Below are positions 1 to 10,900 of a stretch of DNA of 64,000 bases, in pieces. The notes below the pieces were generated by a model, which saw only the letters and a list, made by a program, of their open reading frames with translations, was not told where the DNA came from and searched no databases. Source of the stretch: Deinococcales bacterium (lineage in GTDB: Bacteria > Deinococcota > Deinococci > Deinococcales > JAAFIG01); contig JAYWGM010000051.1 in NCBI GenBank assembly GCA_043778225.1, positions 24,861 through 88,860 of the forward strand. Direction: 5' to 3'. A program made the position numbers and the translations under genes. Position 1 is the first letter of the stretch; every line of letters starts with the position of its first letter.

Positions 1-60
1 AAAGACTTGGGCTTGATAAATCAGGGTCTCGAGTTTTACGGGGTTGGTATAGACATTCAT
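1..60 (-). CDS. 5' end of a gene running off the window edge (MNVYTNPVKLETLIYQAQVF...)
   Basis: ATG at 60 on the minus strand preceded by AAGGAG; frame is open to the window edge. Confidence 0.6.
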   Translation of the reverse strand, partial: MNVYTNPVKLETLIYQAQVF

Positions 61-190
61 GGAATTCACTCCTTTGGACTTCTCTTCTTCACTAAAGTGT
101 AAAAGAAACTTGGCTAAATGTCAAGTGTGCTTGTCAAAAAGTCAAAGAAGCACGACACAAAATTTGGGGAAGCACAGGACTTGCGGGGGC

Positions 191-219
191 TTGTCAGAAC
201 CCCTAACTTTATGTATACT
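191..219 (+). promoter_or_regulatory. sigma70-type promoter of the tRNA gene
   Basis: TTGTCA-17 nt-TATACT upstream of the tRNA. Confidence 0.6.
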
Positions 220-252
220 CCTCGCCGCCAGAGATGGTTTATCCCAAAGGTT

Positions 253-329
253 CGGGGACTAGCGCAGTCTGGTAGCGCATTTGGTTTGGGACCAAAGGGT
301 CGGGGGTTCAAATCCCTCGTCCCCGACCA
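253..329 (+). tRNA. tRNA-Pro (anticodon TGG)
   Basis: 77 nt cloverleaf: acceptor CGGGGAC/GTCCCCG, anticodon stem TTTGG/CCAAA with loop TT-TGG-GA, GGTTCAAATCC T-arm, encoded CCA end. Confidence 0.97.
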
Positions 330-330
330 C

Positions 331-369
331 AAAAAAGAAACCTGCTTAACGGCAGGTTTTTTTCTTTTG
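331..369 (+). terminator. intrinsic terminator after the tRNA
   Basis: AAACCTGC-ttaacg-GCAGGTTT hairpin followed by a T-run. Confidence 0.8.
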
Positions 370-416
370 AATTCTTGACTACCGCCGATTTTTTAGCTCA
401 AGTGTTAGAGTAGAGC

Positions 417-1562
417 GTGAATCCTTCACTGACCCCCTTAGTTACTGTTGCCACCTATGCAGTCATGATTGCCATTGGGGCAATGAATGCCAGTTACGGC
501 TCGGTGCTACCGTTTCTCGAGCGCCAATTTGTGGTCACCAGTGCCGAAATCGGTTTTTTAAGCACCGCCCAAACGATTGGTGGGGTGCTTGGAAATTTAA
601 GCACTGCCTTTCTCGAGAAGCGTTTTACAGCTGGGCAACAAATGTTTGGTGGTGGAGCAGGGTTTGCTTTTGGGGCAGTCTTTTTTGCCTTGGCAATGAC
701 TTTTCAACTTGGTTTTTTAGTGGCATTGCTGGCGCTTTTTATCATGGGTTTAGGGTTGGGTTTGTTCCAAGTTAATTTTGCCAATATCTTCTCGAGGGGC
801 TTTGGAGCGCGTTCGGGTGCGGTGATGTCGGTCATGAGTACCGCTTTTGCAGTGGGTAGTGTGGCTGGTCCACTATTGGCGGTACGACTTGGTGGGGCAT
901 ATGCGTGGTTGCCAGTGGCTTTTGGAGTCCTGACTTTGGGTTGTGCGCTCCTGATGCGACCAGCCAAAAATTCTGAACCCGCCACTGCCGAGGCTCGAGG
1001 CGGAATTAACCTCGACAGTTGGTTATTTGCGATTATGATTGCCTTGTACGTTGTGGCAGAACAAGGTGCGGGTTTCTGGGGTGTGACCCATTTGGTTTCG
1101 ATTGGCTGGAAACCCGAAGCCGCCGCCGTGGTTTTCTCGAGCTTTTGGCTGATGCTGTTGGTTGGGCGTTTGGTTGGTGCGGCAGTCGCCACAAAATTCT
1201 CGAGCGAACAAGTGGTTATTTTTGGTTTGCTTGGTTCTAGCTTGGCTTTTTTGCTCACCAATGTGGCTGGTTTGGCTGCTCCAGCCTATTTGTTAGCTGG
1301 AATTTTATTTGCGCCAGTTTTTCCTTTGGGCTTAACGTGGTTAGCCAAAGGCAATCCCTCGAGTCTGGCAACCACCCAGTACCTAATTGCTGGCAGTGTC
1401 GGGGCAGCGATTGGAACGCCGCTTGTGGGCGGCTTAAAAACAATCTTTGGTGATGTTGCCATTCCGATTGCCTTAACCGTGGCTTGTGGGTTGTCTTTGG
1501 CGGTGGCGCTGGTCTTGCGGGTACGGCAAACTCGTGGGCTATCCAGTACACTTAAAATATGA
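417..1562 (+). CDS. MFS transporter
   Basis: 381 aa with about 12 hydrophobic segments in MFS arrangement. Confidence 0.85.
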   Translation: MNPSLTPLVTVATYAVMIAIGAMNASYGSVLPFLERQFVVTSAEIGFLSTAQTIGGVLGNLSTAFLEKRFTAGQQMFGGGAGFAFGAVFFALAMTFQLGFLVALLALFIMGLGLGLFQVNFANIFSRGFGARSGAVMSVMSTAFAVGSVAGPLLAVRLGGAYAWLPVAFGVLTLGCALLMRPAKNSEPATAEARGGINLDSWLFAIMIALYVVAEQGAGFWGVTHLVSIGWKPEAAAVVFSSFWLMLLVGRLVGAAVATKFSSEQVVIFGLLGSSLAFLLTNVAGLAAPAYLLAGILFAPVFPLGLTWLAKGNPSSLATTQYLIAGSVGAAIGTPLVGGLKTIFGDVAIPIALTVACGLSLAVALVLRVRQTRGLSSTLKI

Positions 1563-2308
1563 AGCGATTTATTGAGTTTTCTGAAATTCCCGAGCAAGCA
1601 GTGCTGCTCGATGCTCGAGCCAAAGCCGATTACTTGGCTGGGCATATGCCAATGGCACGCCATGCCGAATTTCTCGAGAAATTTATGATTCGTAACCCCG
1701 AACAACTCGAATTTTTTAACCTGACGCTCGAGGCTTGGATTCGAGGCTTGGGCTTGACTGGCACGGAGCAAATCGTGCTGTACGATGCCGGGCGCGACAC
1801 CCGAGCCTCAAGAGCAGCATGGGCGCTCGAGTATGCTGGATTTAGCGTACAAGTGCTGCGCCAAGGGATAGAAGGCAAGCTCGAGACGATAATCCCCAAA
1901 TTAAAGCCCAGTCAATTTGTGCTTTTGCCCAACCGAGCTTTGTTGGCAACTGCCGAGGATGTGCTAAGCGGCAAGGCACTGGTCTTGGATGCTCGAGACA
2001 ACCTCGAGTTTGCAGGGCAAAAAATCCCGCCGGGGGCAACTCGAGGTGGTCATATTCCCAAGGCACTACATCTGGATTGGCAAAAACTGGCTGACCAAGA
2101 TGGGATTTTGGCTGGCAACCAAATTGATGCGGTTCTCGAGTCAATCCCCAAGAACCGCGAAATTATTGTTCATTGTCAATCTGGGGCGCGTTCGAGTGTG
2201 CTTTTTTTGGCGCTTCGTGAACGTGGGTATACGGTCAGTAATTATCTTGGCAGCATGAACGAATGGCTCAACGACCCAAGTTTACCGGTCGATCATTTTG
2301 GCGCATAG
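1559..2308 (+). CDS. tandem-domain rhodanese / sulfurtransferase
   Basis: LLDAR..DYLAGH, GHIPKA and catalytic HCQSGARS motifs. Confidence 0.9.
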   Translation: MKRFIEFSEIPEQAVLLDARAKADYLAGHMPMARHAEFLEKFMIRNPEQLEFFNLTLEAWIRGLGLTGTEQIVLYDAGRDTRASRAAWALEYAGFSVQVLRQGIEGKLETIIPKLKPSQFVLLPNRALLATAEDVLSGKALVLDARDNLEFAGQKIPPGATRGGHIPKALHLDWQKLADQDGILAGNQIDAVLESIPKNREIIVHCQSGARSSVLFLALRERGYTVSNYLGSMNEWLNDPSLPVDHFGA

Positions 2309-3561
2309 CCATTGTTGGCGATCAAATCGGCATCAATTATTTTGGCGGCTTTGCTGAGTACAAACTGCGGATTTGTGCCACTCGAAATCGCCACCACCGC
2401 GTCCGAAAAGGCTTTGGTAATAACTGGGTAAGCGGGTGTGGCTGGACGCTCGAGTGAAACGCCACTTGCAAGCTGCTGGACATACAAGCCCAATTCGCCT
2501 TTTGGTCCATAGTTTTTGGATTTGGCAATGCTGCTTTTACGGCTTGGGACTGTGCCACTTAAATCGCTCATGCTTAAAACGCTTGGCGAACTAACCAAAT
2601 AATTTAAGACCTTAGCGGCAGCATCTGGCGTTGGGCAACTGCTCGAGATGCCAAAATTCCAACTGCCACTGGCAGTCACGGCTTTTTTGCCAAAGCGCGG
2701 CATTGGAATCAAGACCAAATCGCTTTTCAGGGCTTTTTTATAATCCACATATGCCCAGCTTCCAACATACGAAAGGGCGGCTCTGCCTTTGATAAAATCT
2801 TGGTCAGATTTGGTATTGACATTGACGTACCTCAGCATCTTTTGAAAATAGGTCATGCCAGCCACAGCCGATGCACCATCTAAAGTGCCAGTGGCGGTTT
2901 TATAGGTGCTGCGATTGATTAAGTCGCCACCAAACGACTGCATAATTGGCGCAAAACCATAGGTAAACCATTCGCCCTTTCCATAGTTAAATTTCATATC
3001 GAGCGGATACTGACGACCACGTTTTTTAAGATGCTCGAGAATCGCCATAAATTTATTGCCACTCCAAGCTGTCTCGAGTGAATTGGGGATGCCAATGCCC
3101 GCAAAACGCAAAACCCGACGGTTGCCCCAAAGCGCTAAGCCACTTTCAAATTGTCCAAGGCTGTAGAGTTGCTTATTGTACGTACCTTGATTGATGATGC
3201 TCGGTAAAAAGTCGGCTTTATCTTCAGCACTGATGTACTTATCGATTGGAATCAGCTTATTGGTGTAGACATAACTGTACAAATTTGGTCCATCGAAATC
3301 TAAGACACAGGGCAACGAATCGCCAAGCGCGGCGGCTTCGACTTGTTCGTTGTAGCCACCTTGAGGCAAACCGACCAAATCAATTTGAATTTCTTGATTG
3401 GTGTCGTTAAATTTTTTAACCAAGGCATTAAAGGCTTTTCCTTCGGCGCTGGTATCGCGGCTCGAGTGAACCCAGAGCGAAACCACGACCGGACTGGCGT
3501 TTTGGGCAATCACAACTGCACCAAAAGCCGTGGCTAGACCAAGTAAAACAAACTTTTTCAT
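2293..3561 (-). CDS. sugar ABC transporter substrate-binding protein (no permeases nearby)
   Basis: signal peptide; LPCVLDFDGP, FIKGRAAL and GSWNFGIS segments typical of family-1 SBPs. Confidence 0.85.
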   Translation of the reverse strand: MKKFVLLGLATAFGAVVIAQNASPVVVSLWVHSSRDTSAEGKAFNALVKKFNDTNQEIQIDLVGLPQGGYNEQVEAAALGDSLPCVLDFDGPNLYSYVYTNKLIPIDKYISAEDKADFLPSIINQGTYNKQLYSLGQFESGLALWGNRRVLRFAGIGIPNSLETAWSGNKFMAILEHLKKRGRQYPLDMKFNYGKGEWFTYGFAPIMQSFGGDLINRSTYKTATGTLDGASAVAGMTYFQKMLRYVNVNTKSDQDFIKGRAALSYVGSWAYVDYKKALKSDLVLIPMPRFGKKAVTASGSWNFGISSSCPTPDAAAKVLNYLVSSPSVLSMSDLSGTVPSRKSSIAKSKNYGPKGELGLYVQQLASGVSLERPATPAYPVITKAFSDAVVAISSGTNPQFVLSKAAKIIDADLIANNGYAPK

Positions 3562-3688
3562 GAAGACTCCTTAATCTTTTGAGAGATGCGAACAGAATAC
3601 TCGAGAAAAAGCAAAGCCAGTGTGCAAAAAGCACATCAAGTGCAAAATTTGATACCAACAACACCAAAAATCATGGATAATACTTTTT

Positions 3689-6600
3689 ATGACACCTCAA
3701 CTTCAGTTGCGCTTATTTGGCACAGGTGAAGTGCGGCTTGATGGCTCGGTTCTCGAGGTCGGATACCGTAAAACGCTGGCACTCTTGGCATTCTTGGCGC
3801 TCGAGGGCGAAACAGCCCGCTCTAGCCTAACCACCTTGTTTTGGTCAGACAACACCGAAGAAGCGGCACGGCGCAATCTGCGACGTGAATTGTACCGATT
3901 GCGCGAGGCTGGACTGCGCGACTACCTCGAGGCGAGCAGCGATAACTTGCGCTTGGTTGGCAGCACCGATGTCGCCCAGTTCGAGGCTTTGATTGGCGAG
4001 GGTCGGCTTGAACCAGCCATTTTGTTGTACCAAAACGAATTATTGGCGGGTTTGCGGCTCGAGAATGCCCCAGAATTTGAAACATGGCTCGAGCTGCGGC
4101 GCGATGGTTTAGCCGCAATGCTCCGTAAAGCCCAACTTGAGCAAGCCGAACACCTTGAGACCCGAGGCGACTGGCATGGAGCGCTTGGGCTTCACCAGAA
4201 GGTTCTCAAATCGGACCAATTACAAGAACGTCAGCACCACGAAGTCATGCGCCTGCACTATTTGCTGGGTCAACGCGAAGCTGCCCTATCGCAATTTGAG
4301 CAGTGTAAACAAATGCTGCACAGCGAACTTGGACTCGAGCCATTGCCCGCGACACTGCACTTAGCCCAGCAGATTCGGTCAGCCCAAAGCCTGACTGCCA
4401 GTGTTGCAATACAGCTGGTGGCAACCCAACAACTGAATGTACCGCTCATTGGGCGTGAAGCGGCACTCAAAGCCCTCGCCTCGAGCAGTACGCCCCTGAC
4501 CTTGGTGCTGAGCCAAGCGGGTGGTGGTAAAACTTTTTTACTCGAGAAATTTGCACCACACGCCCTGCGAATTTGTTTTCGGGCGGTCTCGAGCCAGACT
4601 CCGTTGTATGCGATTGCCGAAACCATCCGCCAAGCCCTCAATAACCCCGATTTCCAAGCCCGCTTTGAATTGCTTGAACCGATTTGGCAACACGAAGCTG
4701 CTCGGCTTGTACCAGAACTTGCCGTTGGCAGTAGCCAAGCACAAGAGCGCAGTTTGTTGCTCGAGGGATTGGCACGGGTGCTTGAATGTCTAACCGACCA
4801 AAGCCTGATTTTTGAAGATATTCACTGGGCAGACAACAGCAGCCTAGAACTGATGGTGCATTTGTTGCGCCGCAGCACCCGAGAAAGTAAGCAACAACGC
4901 TTGATTGCCACAGCCCGACCCGATGAAATCAGTGCCGAAACCCAAGGGCTGCTCGAGTTGCTGGCTGAAGATGGTTTAAGCACCAGTATTGGTTTATTGC
5001 CACTGTCCGAAGTCCACGTCAGCCAACTGCTGCACAGCCTTGGCGGAAATAGCAGCCCAGAATTCTCGAGCCAACTCTGGAGCATCACGGCTGGCAATCC
5101 ATTTTTTATACTCGAGACAATCCGCTTATTATTTGAACAAAATAAATTTGGCGTACTGGGGCAGCCGATTCCAATCCCGCCCAGTGTGCTTAGTGCTGTG
5201 CTGCAACGTATAGATAGACTTGGCTCGGCAACCAGACGCTTACTTGAAACCGCCGCTCAGACCGAAGATGGCTTTATGCTCGAGGAAATCCAACCTGCCA
5301 CGGCGCTCAATCAATGGGAAGGCTTAGACGGACTCGAAGAAGCTGTCAGCGCCCAAATTCTGATACGCCTCGAGACTGGATTTGGTTTTGCCCACGACTT
5401 GGTGCGCCAAGCCTTACAAACCACCCTCAGCCCAGAACGAAAGCGCCTGATTCACCATAAACTGGCGGCTTCACTCGAGCAGCAAAAAGCCAACCCAGTT
5501 AGAATTGCCTCGCACCTCGAGCAGGCAGGCAAGGCACTGGCAGCCGTGCCGTGGCGCATGAAGGCAGCCGAACAGGCTACTCGAGTCTATGCCCATAAAT
5601 TGGCGCTTGAGCAGTACGACCAAGCACTCGAGAACGGCGCTCCAAATGAACTGGCACTCGAGATTTTAGAAACCAAATTAAGCATCTGGGAAATGCTCGG
5701 TCAAACCATTCCTTGGCAAACAGACCTTGAACGTTTGGCATTGCTCGTCACCAAAATCGGGACTGTAACCGCCCAAAGCCAATTGCATTTGGCTCGAGTC
5801 AGACTGGCGTTGCAGCAACGAGAATTTGAAACGGCAATTCGGGTTGCAACACTGGTGATAAATGCTCGAGTAACAAACGAAATGACCGCTCAGGCTCAGG
5901 CACTGATCGGAACGGCTTTGGTGCAACAAAGTCGTCTCGAGGCAGCCGAAAATCATTTAACTCAAGCCCTTGACTTACTGCCAGAAACCCATATTTTACG
6001 CAGTAAGGTACTGAACCAACTTTTTCAAGTCGCATTTGATGCAGGCAACACCGAACAAGCCGAACGGCATTTAGCCTCTGCTTTGTACTTAAATCAAACC
6101 ATGCGGAACCTGCCAGATGAACTTAGTACCCTCGGCAACCAAGGCAAAATGGCACTGAACAAAGGCGATAATGCAGCCGCAGTCCGCATTTTTGAAACAG
6201 CTTTAGAAAAAGTAAAACCAATCAACAATCCAACCCTAGAACGCTCACTAACCATGGGACTGGCTACCGCTTACTCGAGAATGCACCGCACCAATGAAGC
6301 CTTAGAATTACTGGCAAAGGCATTAGAATTAGCGGAATTGACCGAGGCTGTGGCAGCACAAGGTGGTATTTATCACACCATTGGCGCAGTCCACCGACGC
6401 TTAACCCAATTTGGAAAAGCAGTCCAGCATTACCAACTTGCACTCGAGTTGGCAGACCAAGTGCAACAGCACCCTGCACGAATTTTTCGTAGATTAACCT
6501 TAGCCGATTTATACTTGGATTTAGGTCATTACAATCAGGCACTGCCATTACTTATAGAAACACAAAGCATCATCAAAAAAACAGGGGTATGCACCGAAGC

Positions 6601-7084
6601 CATTTGGTGTCAGGTTTTACTTGGCAAGCAACAACGATTAGCAAAGCAAATTAAAGCCTCACTCATCACCCTCGAGATGCCCGAACCAAGCAACCCACTT
6701 GACCGCATTATTTGGCTGACCGAACTGGCATTAACCCAATTAGCCGCCAAAAAATACACAAGGGTTTTAGAACTTCTAAAAGGCGAAGATGCACCACCAA
6801 ACACCATGCTGCAATTACTTGATATTCGTTTACAAGCCTTAATCGCCCTAAAAAAACCATTGGCAGAAGAACTGTGCCAAATCACAACGCTCGAGTCAGA
6901 ATTAACACCATGGTTTTTACTGCAATACCATCAGGCATTAGCCCGAACGCACACGCACACCCAAGAAACCAAATTAGCAAAGCAGCACCAAGCCTTGGCT
7001 CGAGAACAAACACAAGTCATGGCAGATTCGCTAACTTATTACCCAGATTTGAAAAAAAGTTTCCTCGAGTTTCATCAAACCTGA
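3689..7084 (+). CDS. SARP-family regulator: wHTH-BTAD-AAA ATPase-TPR (STAND type)
   Basis: LRLFG..LALLAFLAL..ARRNLRRELYRLR wHTH; BTAD; variant Walker A SQAGGGKT; FEDIHWAD; TAGNPFFI; C-terminal TPR repeats. Confidence 0.9.
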   Translation: MTPQLQLRLFGTGEVRLDGSVLEVGYRKTLALLAFLALEGETARSSLTTLFWSDNTEEAARRNLRRELYRLREAGLRDYLEASSDNLRLVGSTDVAQFEALIGEGRLEPAILLYQNELLAGLRLENAPEFETWLELRRDGLAAMLRKAQLEQAEHLETRGDWHGALGLHQKVLKSDQLQERQHHEVMRLHYLLGQREAALSQFEQCKQMLHSELGLEPLPATLHLAQQIRSAQSLTASVAIQLVATQQLNVPLIGREAALKALASSSTPLTLVLSQAGGGKTFLLEKFAPHALRICFRAVSSQTPLYAIAETIRQALNNPDFQARFELLEPIWQHEAARLVPELAVGSSQAQERSLLLEGLARVLECLTDQSLIFEDIHWADNSSLELMVHLLRRSTRESKQQRLIATARPDEISAETQGLLELLAEDGLSTSIGLLPLSEVHVSQLLHSLGGNSSPEFSSQLWSITAGNPFFILETIRLLFEQNKFGVLGQPIPIPPSVLSAVLQRIDRLGSATRRLLETAAQTEDGFMLEEIQPATALNQWEGLDGLEEAVSAQILIRLETGFGFAHDLVRQALQTTLSPERKRLIHHKLAASLEQQKANPVRIASHLEQAGKALAAVPWRMKAAEQATRVYAHKLALEQYDQALENGAPNELALEILETKLSIWEMLGQTIPWQTDLERLALLVTKIGTVTAQSQLHLARVRLALQQREFETAIRVATLVINARVTNEMTAQAQALIGTALVQQSRLEAAENHLTQALDLLPETHILRSKVLNQLFQVAFDAGNTEQAERHLASALYLNQTMRNLPDELSTLGNQGKMALNKGDNAAAVRIFETALEKVKPINNPTLERSLTMGLATAYSRMHRTNEALELLAKALELAELTEAVAAQGGIYHTIGAVHRRLTQFGKAVQHYQLALELADQVQQHPARIFRRLTLADLYLDLGHYNQALPLLIETQSIIKKTGVCTEAIWCQVLLGKQQRLAKQIKASLITLEMPEPSNPLDRIIWLTELALTQLAAKKYTRVLELLKGEDAPPNTMLQLLDIRLQALIALKKPLAEELCQITTLESELTPWFLLQYHQALARTHTHTQETKLAKQHQALAREQTQVMADSLTYYPDLKKSFLEFHQT

Positions 7085-7485
7085 TTTTCAAATGGATTCA
7101 AAACGGGGATGCTAAAAGGTGCAAAATCAGTCACATTTCGTGTCACAACAATTAAATTATGGACAATGGCGGTAGCAGCAATCATCGCATCTTCGTATAA
7201 CTCGTCGGATTTATGGTGCATCAACCTTGCCCAGCACCTAAATTCTGCACCTGCCATTGGAATAACATTATAAGCATTTGAAATTAACTCGAGCCATGCC
7301 TGTATCTCCTCGGCTTTAAGTCGGTCTTTGTCTCGGGTGATTTCAATTCCAGCTTGAATTTCGGCTAAAGTCACAGCCGAAAGAAAAAGTCGGGCATCGT
7401 CAATTGGTTTTATCCACGCCAGTACCGCGCCATGTGGTTTTGGTTTACGAAGCTCGGAAACAACATTTGTGTCTAGTAAAAACAT
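7075..7485 (-). CDS. vapC: VapC PIN-domain toxin
   Basis: FLLDTNVVSE ... DAMIAATA ... VTRNVTDF. Confidence 0.92.
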   Translation of the reverse strand: MFLLDTNVVSELRKPKPHGAVLAWIKPIDDARLFLSAVTLAEIQAGIEITRDKDRLKAEEIQAWLELISNAYNVIPMAGAEFRCWARLMHHKSDELYEDAMIAATAIVHNLIVVTRNVTDFAPFSIPVLNPFENQV

Positions 7486-7766
7486 TATTGAACCACTTCG
7501 ATTTTCCGCCTTTTAGCATTTCCACGACTTGGAATTAAAAAATCGGTTCTACCTTTATCAGATAATAAAAGTTCTTTGAGTGTAGGTTGTGCCACCGATT
7601 TTAACCTTCGCCACTCAGCCATTGGCACAAGTACCGCCGTTTCCAAACCGCGTTTTGTAACAATTTGCGGACCATTTGTTATGCACTCCTCGAGTAATTC
7701 ACTAAATTTTGCCTTGGCATCTTGCACTGCCCAAGTTTGCAATTTTGGTTTGTTCAGACTAGTCAT
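7485..7766 (-). CDS. Phd/YefM-family antitoxin
   Basis: WAVQDAKAKFSELL..GPQIVTKRG..AVLV motif; overlaps the vapC start. Confidence 0.9.
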   Translation of the reverse strand: MTSLNKPKLQTWAVQDAKAKFSELLEECITNGPQIVTKRGLETAVLVPMAEWRRLKSVAQPTLKELLLSDKGRTDFLIPSRGNAKRRKIEVVQ

Positions 7767-7774
7767 ATGACTAG
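7759..7774. promoter_or_regulatory. palindromic operator of the Phd-VapC operon
   Basis: perfect 16-bp palindrome CTAGTCATATGACTAG over the antitoxin start codon. Confidence 0.65.
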
Positions 7775-7866
7775 CTTATACCAATTTAAGCAAAATACTC
7801 AAATTCAGGCTTAAAGCCCACAACTCGAGCCTAAGAAATACGTGCTTAACAGCCTGACCTATTTTT

Positions 7867-7900
7867 CGCAACGCTCTCGCAACGCCTCGTTTTGTAAGGT
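7867..7900 (+). promoter_or_regulatory. SARP-type activator site plus -10 box
   Basis: CGCAACGC-tct-CGCAACGC (11-bp period), 9 nt, TAAGGT. Confidence 0.6.
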
Positions 7901-7944
7901 GTGCCTTGGAAAAGTTCAAATTCAGGGTTACTCGAGGAGAAATT

Positions 7945-10900
7945 ATGAAAAACGTTGTTCCTAAAGTTATGACCAGCATAGCAATTCTGGTGTTTGGATT
8001 ATTAGCCTGTACCAATCCACCAGCACCACCACCAGCCAATCAAATTCCAGTGGCGGCGTTTACTGCGGCTGCGCCAACGGTAAAAGCAGGGGATGCGCTG
8101 CTGTTCACCAGTTCTTCGAGTGACCCTGATGGCGATGTTCTGACCCAATCTTGGGACTTTGGCGATGATACTCGCGGCGGCGGACCCAGTATCGCTCATG
8201 TTTTTCCAAGTGCAGGGGATTTCACGGTCAAACTTCTGGTTGCTGATGGCAAAGGCGGCTCGAGTAGTACCACACAAAGTATTACGGTAACGGCAGGAGC
8301 GCCTTTGGGGGCAGATGTGACCGTGATTGGCACGATTACCGATTCAGCAGGCGTGGCATTGGCTGGGGTCAGTGTCAAACGTGGCTCGAGTATACTTGGA
8401 ACAACCGATGCCAACGGTAGTGCCACGATAGCCATTCCCACTGGTGCTTCGCAGACGTTACTGCTCTCAAAAGATGGTTATGTGGATCAAGTTCTGGCAC
8501 TCGAGTTTCCAGTCAGCAACGACCCAAGTAACGGCACTTTTAATGCGGTGCTGCTAACCGCAGGCACAGTTCAAACCGTCAATGCCAGCACAGGCGGAAT
8601 GCTTAAAGCTGAGGATAACGCCATGCTGCAATTACCTGCGGCTGGTCTCGAGACGGCAAACGGCGCACCTGTCACGGGTGATGTTCAGGTCAGTATCACA
8701 CCGCTTGACATCAGCAACCCAGACCGAGCGCGGGCGTTCCCCGGGCGGCTCGAGGCGGTCACAACCACGGGCGAGGATGTAGGCATTGTTTCACTGGGTA
8801 TGACCGATTTTACACTGACCCAGAATGGTCAGGAAGTGAACTTGAAACCCGGCTCGAGTGCCAAAGTGCATATTCCGCTCTATGCCAATGTCAATTTGGA
8901 TGGCAGCCCAATTAACCTTGGTGACACCATGCCACTTTGGTCAATGAGCGAAAAAACAGGCGAATGGGTGCAAGAAGGTCTGGGCGTAGTGGTGGACACG
9001 GGCAATGGTTCTCGAGCGCTCGAGGCAACCGTGACGCATTTTTCGATTTGGAACGGTGATAAAGTGTTTGACGATGCCCGACCCAAGCCCAAGTGCAAAA
9101 CTCCAAATGGAGTTGTGGTCACCAATCGGTTCACCAAATGCTACTGGTACTTAAAAATCAAAGACCTTGAGGAAAACACTGAATTTGGCAATAGCCAGAT
9201 TCGACCCCAAAATGTTCCCATTTCTCGCCAGCCTGCTTGGGCTGAAGCTGGTGTCACCGACTTTGACGTTGCACCGCCGCAGCCGTTTATTGTTCCTGCC
9301 AACGAAAAAATGGACGTTTCTGTATGCGCTGAGGTGGATGGCAAAAGGTATTGCGCGAGTACCGTTAGAACCTTTGCCAGCAACAGCAACGATGACCTCG
9401 ACATCGTGATGCTGCCGATAGAAACTCAACCCGTCACATTGCCTTTTGATGCCTCCAAGAGCATTTCAGATGGCATCATCAGACGGTATGAACTTGTCAC
9501 CACCAGCGCCCCCAACCTGTTGTCGGTGCGGCTTGAGCCGACTGGTAATGCAAATGTCAAGGTTACGATTTATAACACAGTGAACACAGCAATCGCTGTC
9601 AAATCTCAGACGGGCAACACCCCACTTGACCTGACGGCACTTTTGCCAACAGCAGGCAAATACTTTGTTGATGTCACTCCAAGCGATACTTCGCAAGGCA
9701 ATGTCCGAACCATCATTCAAACTGTTGGTGTCGAAGCGGTCACTTTGCCGTTTGATGCGGTGCGGAATGTCGCCAAAACCCAGCGTCTCGAGTTTAACGC
9801 GCTCAGTTCTGAAATCGTGACCATCAACTTAGATCGCACCCAAGGCTCTACCTTGAGTGCCACGGCGCGGTTATTTGATGGCAACGGCACGGCACTGACC
9901 ACTGGCACAGTCAATACCACAGCGCTCACACTCGAGAAACCACTGTTGATTTCAGGCAAGCACATCCTCGAGATTGCACCAACTGGTGGCTCGAGTGGCG
10001 ATGCACGGGTCAGAATCAGTACCCGACCCAATACAGGTGCAACTTGGAAACCGTTTTATCAAGTGGCGGATACGGACATCTTGCAAAGCACCCTGACCAA
10101 GCCGTGTTTTGCTTCGGCAAGCAATGCCACAGGGCGTACTTTGATGGCATGGATGGAAATTAAGCTAAACCAAAGTACCTTGAGGGTCAGTCAGTACGAC
10201 CCTGTTGCCAATTCATTCAATGCAGCCACCACGCTGGCAACCAACAATAGCAGTCCATACCGTTGTCAAATCGCTGTCTCGAGCAATGGCGATGCGATGA
10301 TTGTTTGGTGGCTCAGGGCTGGCACAAACACCAAAGATATTTTCTGGGCGCGGCGGGCAGTTGGCTCAAGTGCATGGTCTACGCCTGCGATTTTGGCAAC
10401 TGCCAGTACAAACTATTTGTTGAACCGCCCTTCGGAATTACAATTGGATGCCAATGGCAATGCCAGTCTGGTCTGGCTCGAGCAGCACGCGCAAGGCACA
10501 AGCTCGCAACTCAAGACCTCGAGGTACAACCCAGCCACGGACACTTGGACGACATCGGTGTTGGTTGCACCTGTGCCTGAGACAAAACTGAGCATTCCAA
10601 GTCTTTCCAGCGATACCGCAGGCAACCAGATGGTGCTGTACCGAACCGCCAATCAAGGGGCGAACTCGGCGTACCCAAGTGACGGGGTGTACGTGCAGAA
10701 GTACGATTTAGCAAGCAGCACTTGGCTTGCCCCAACGTTGGTCAAAGCCACCCCAGCACCATTCGAGAATCAAGTCACCAGCGACCAAATCACACCGATG
10801 GTCTTACGGATTGGCGCAGGTGGTCATGCCATTGCAATTTGGCAAGAACAGATTCAAGGTCTCGACAAATATGGCAGTGCCAAAATGAACCTAAGCACAG

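Noticed and set aside
253..420. tRNA-Pro as the integration site of an island
   Set aside because: I saw no integrase and no duplicated tRNA 3' end in the window.
7778..7800. IS630-like terminus (TATACCAATT) beside the Phd-VapC module
   Set aside because: Short match only, with no partner end or transposase found.
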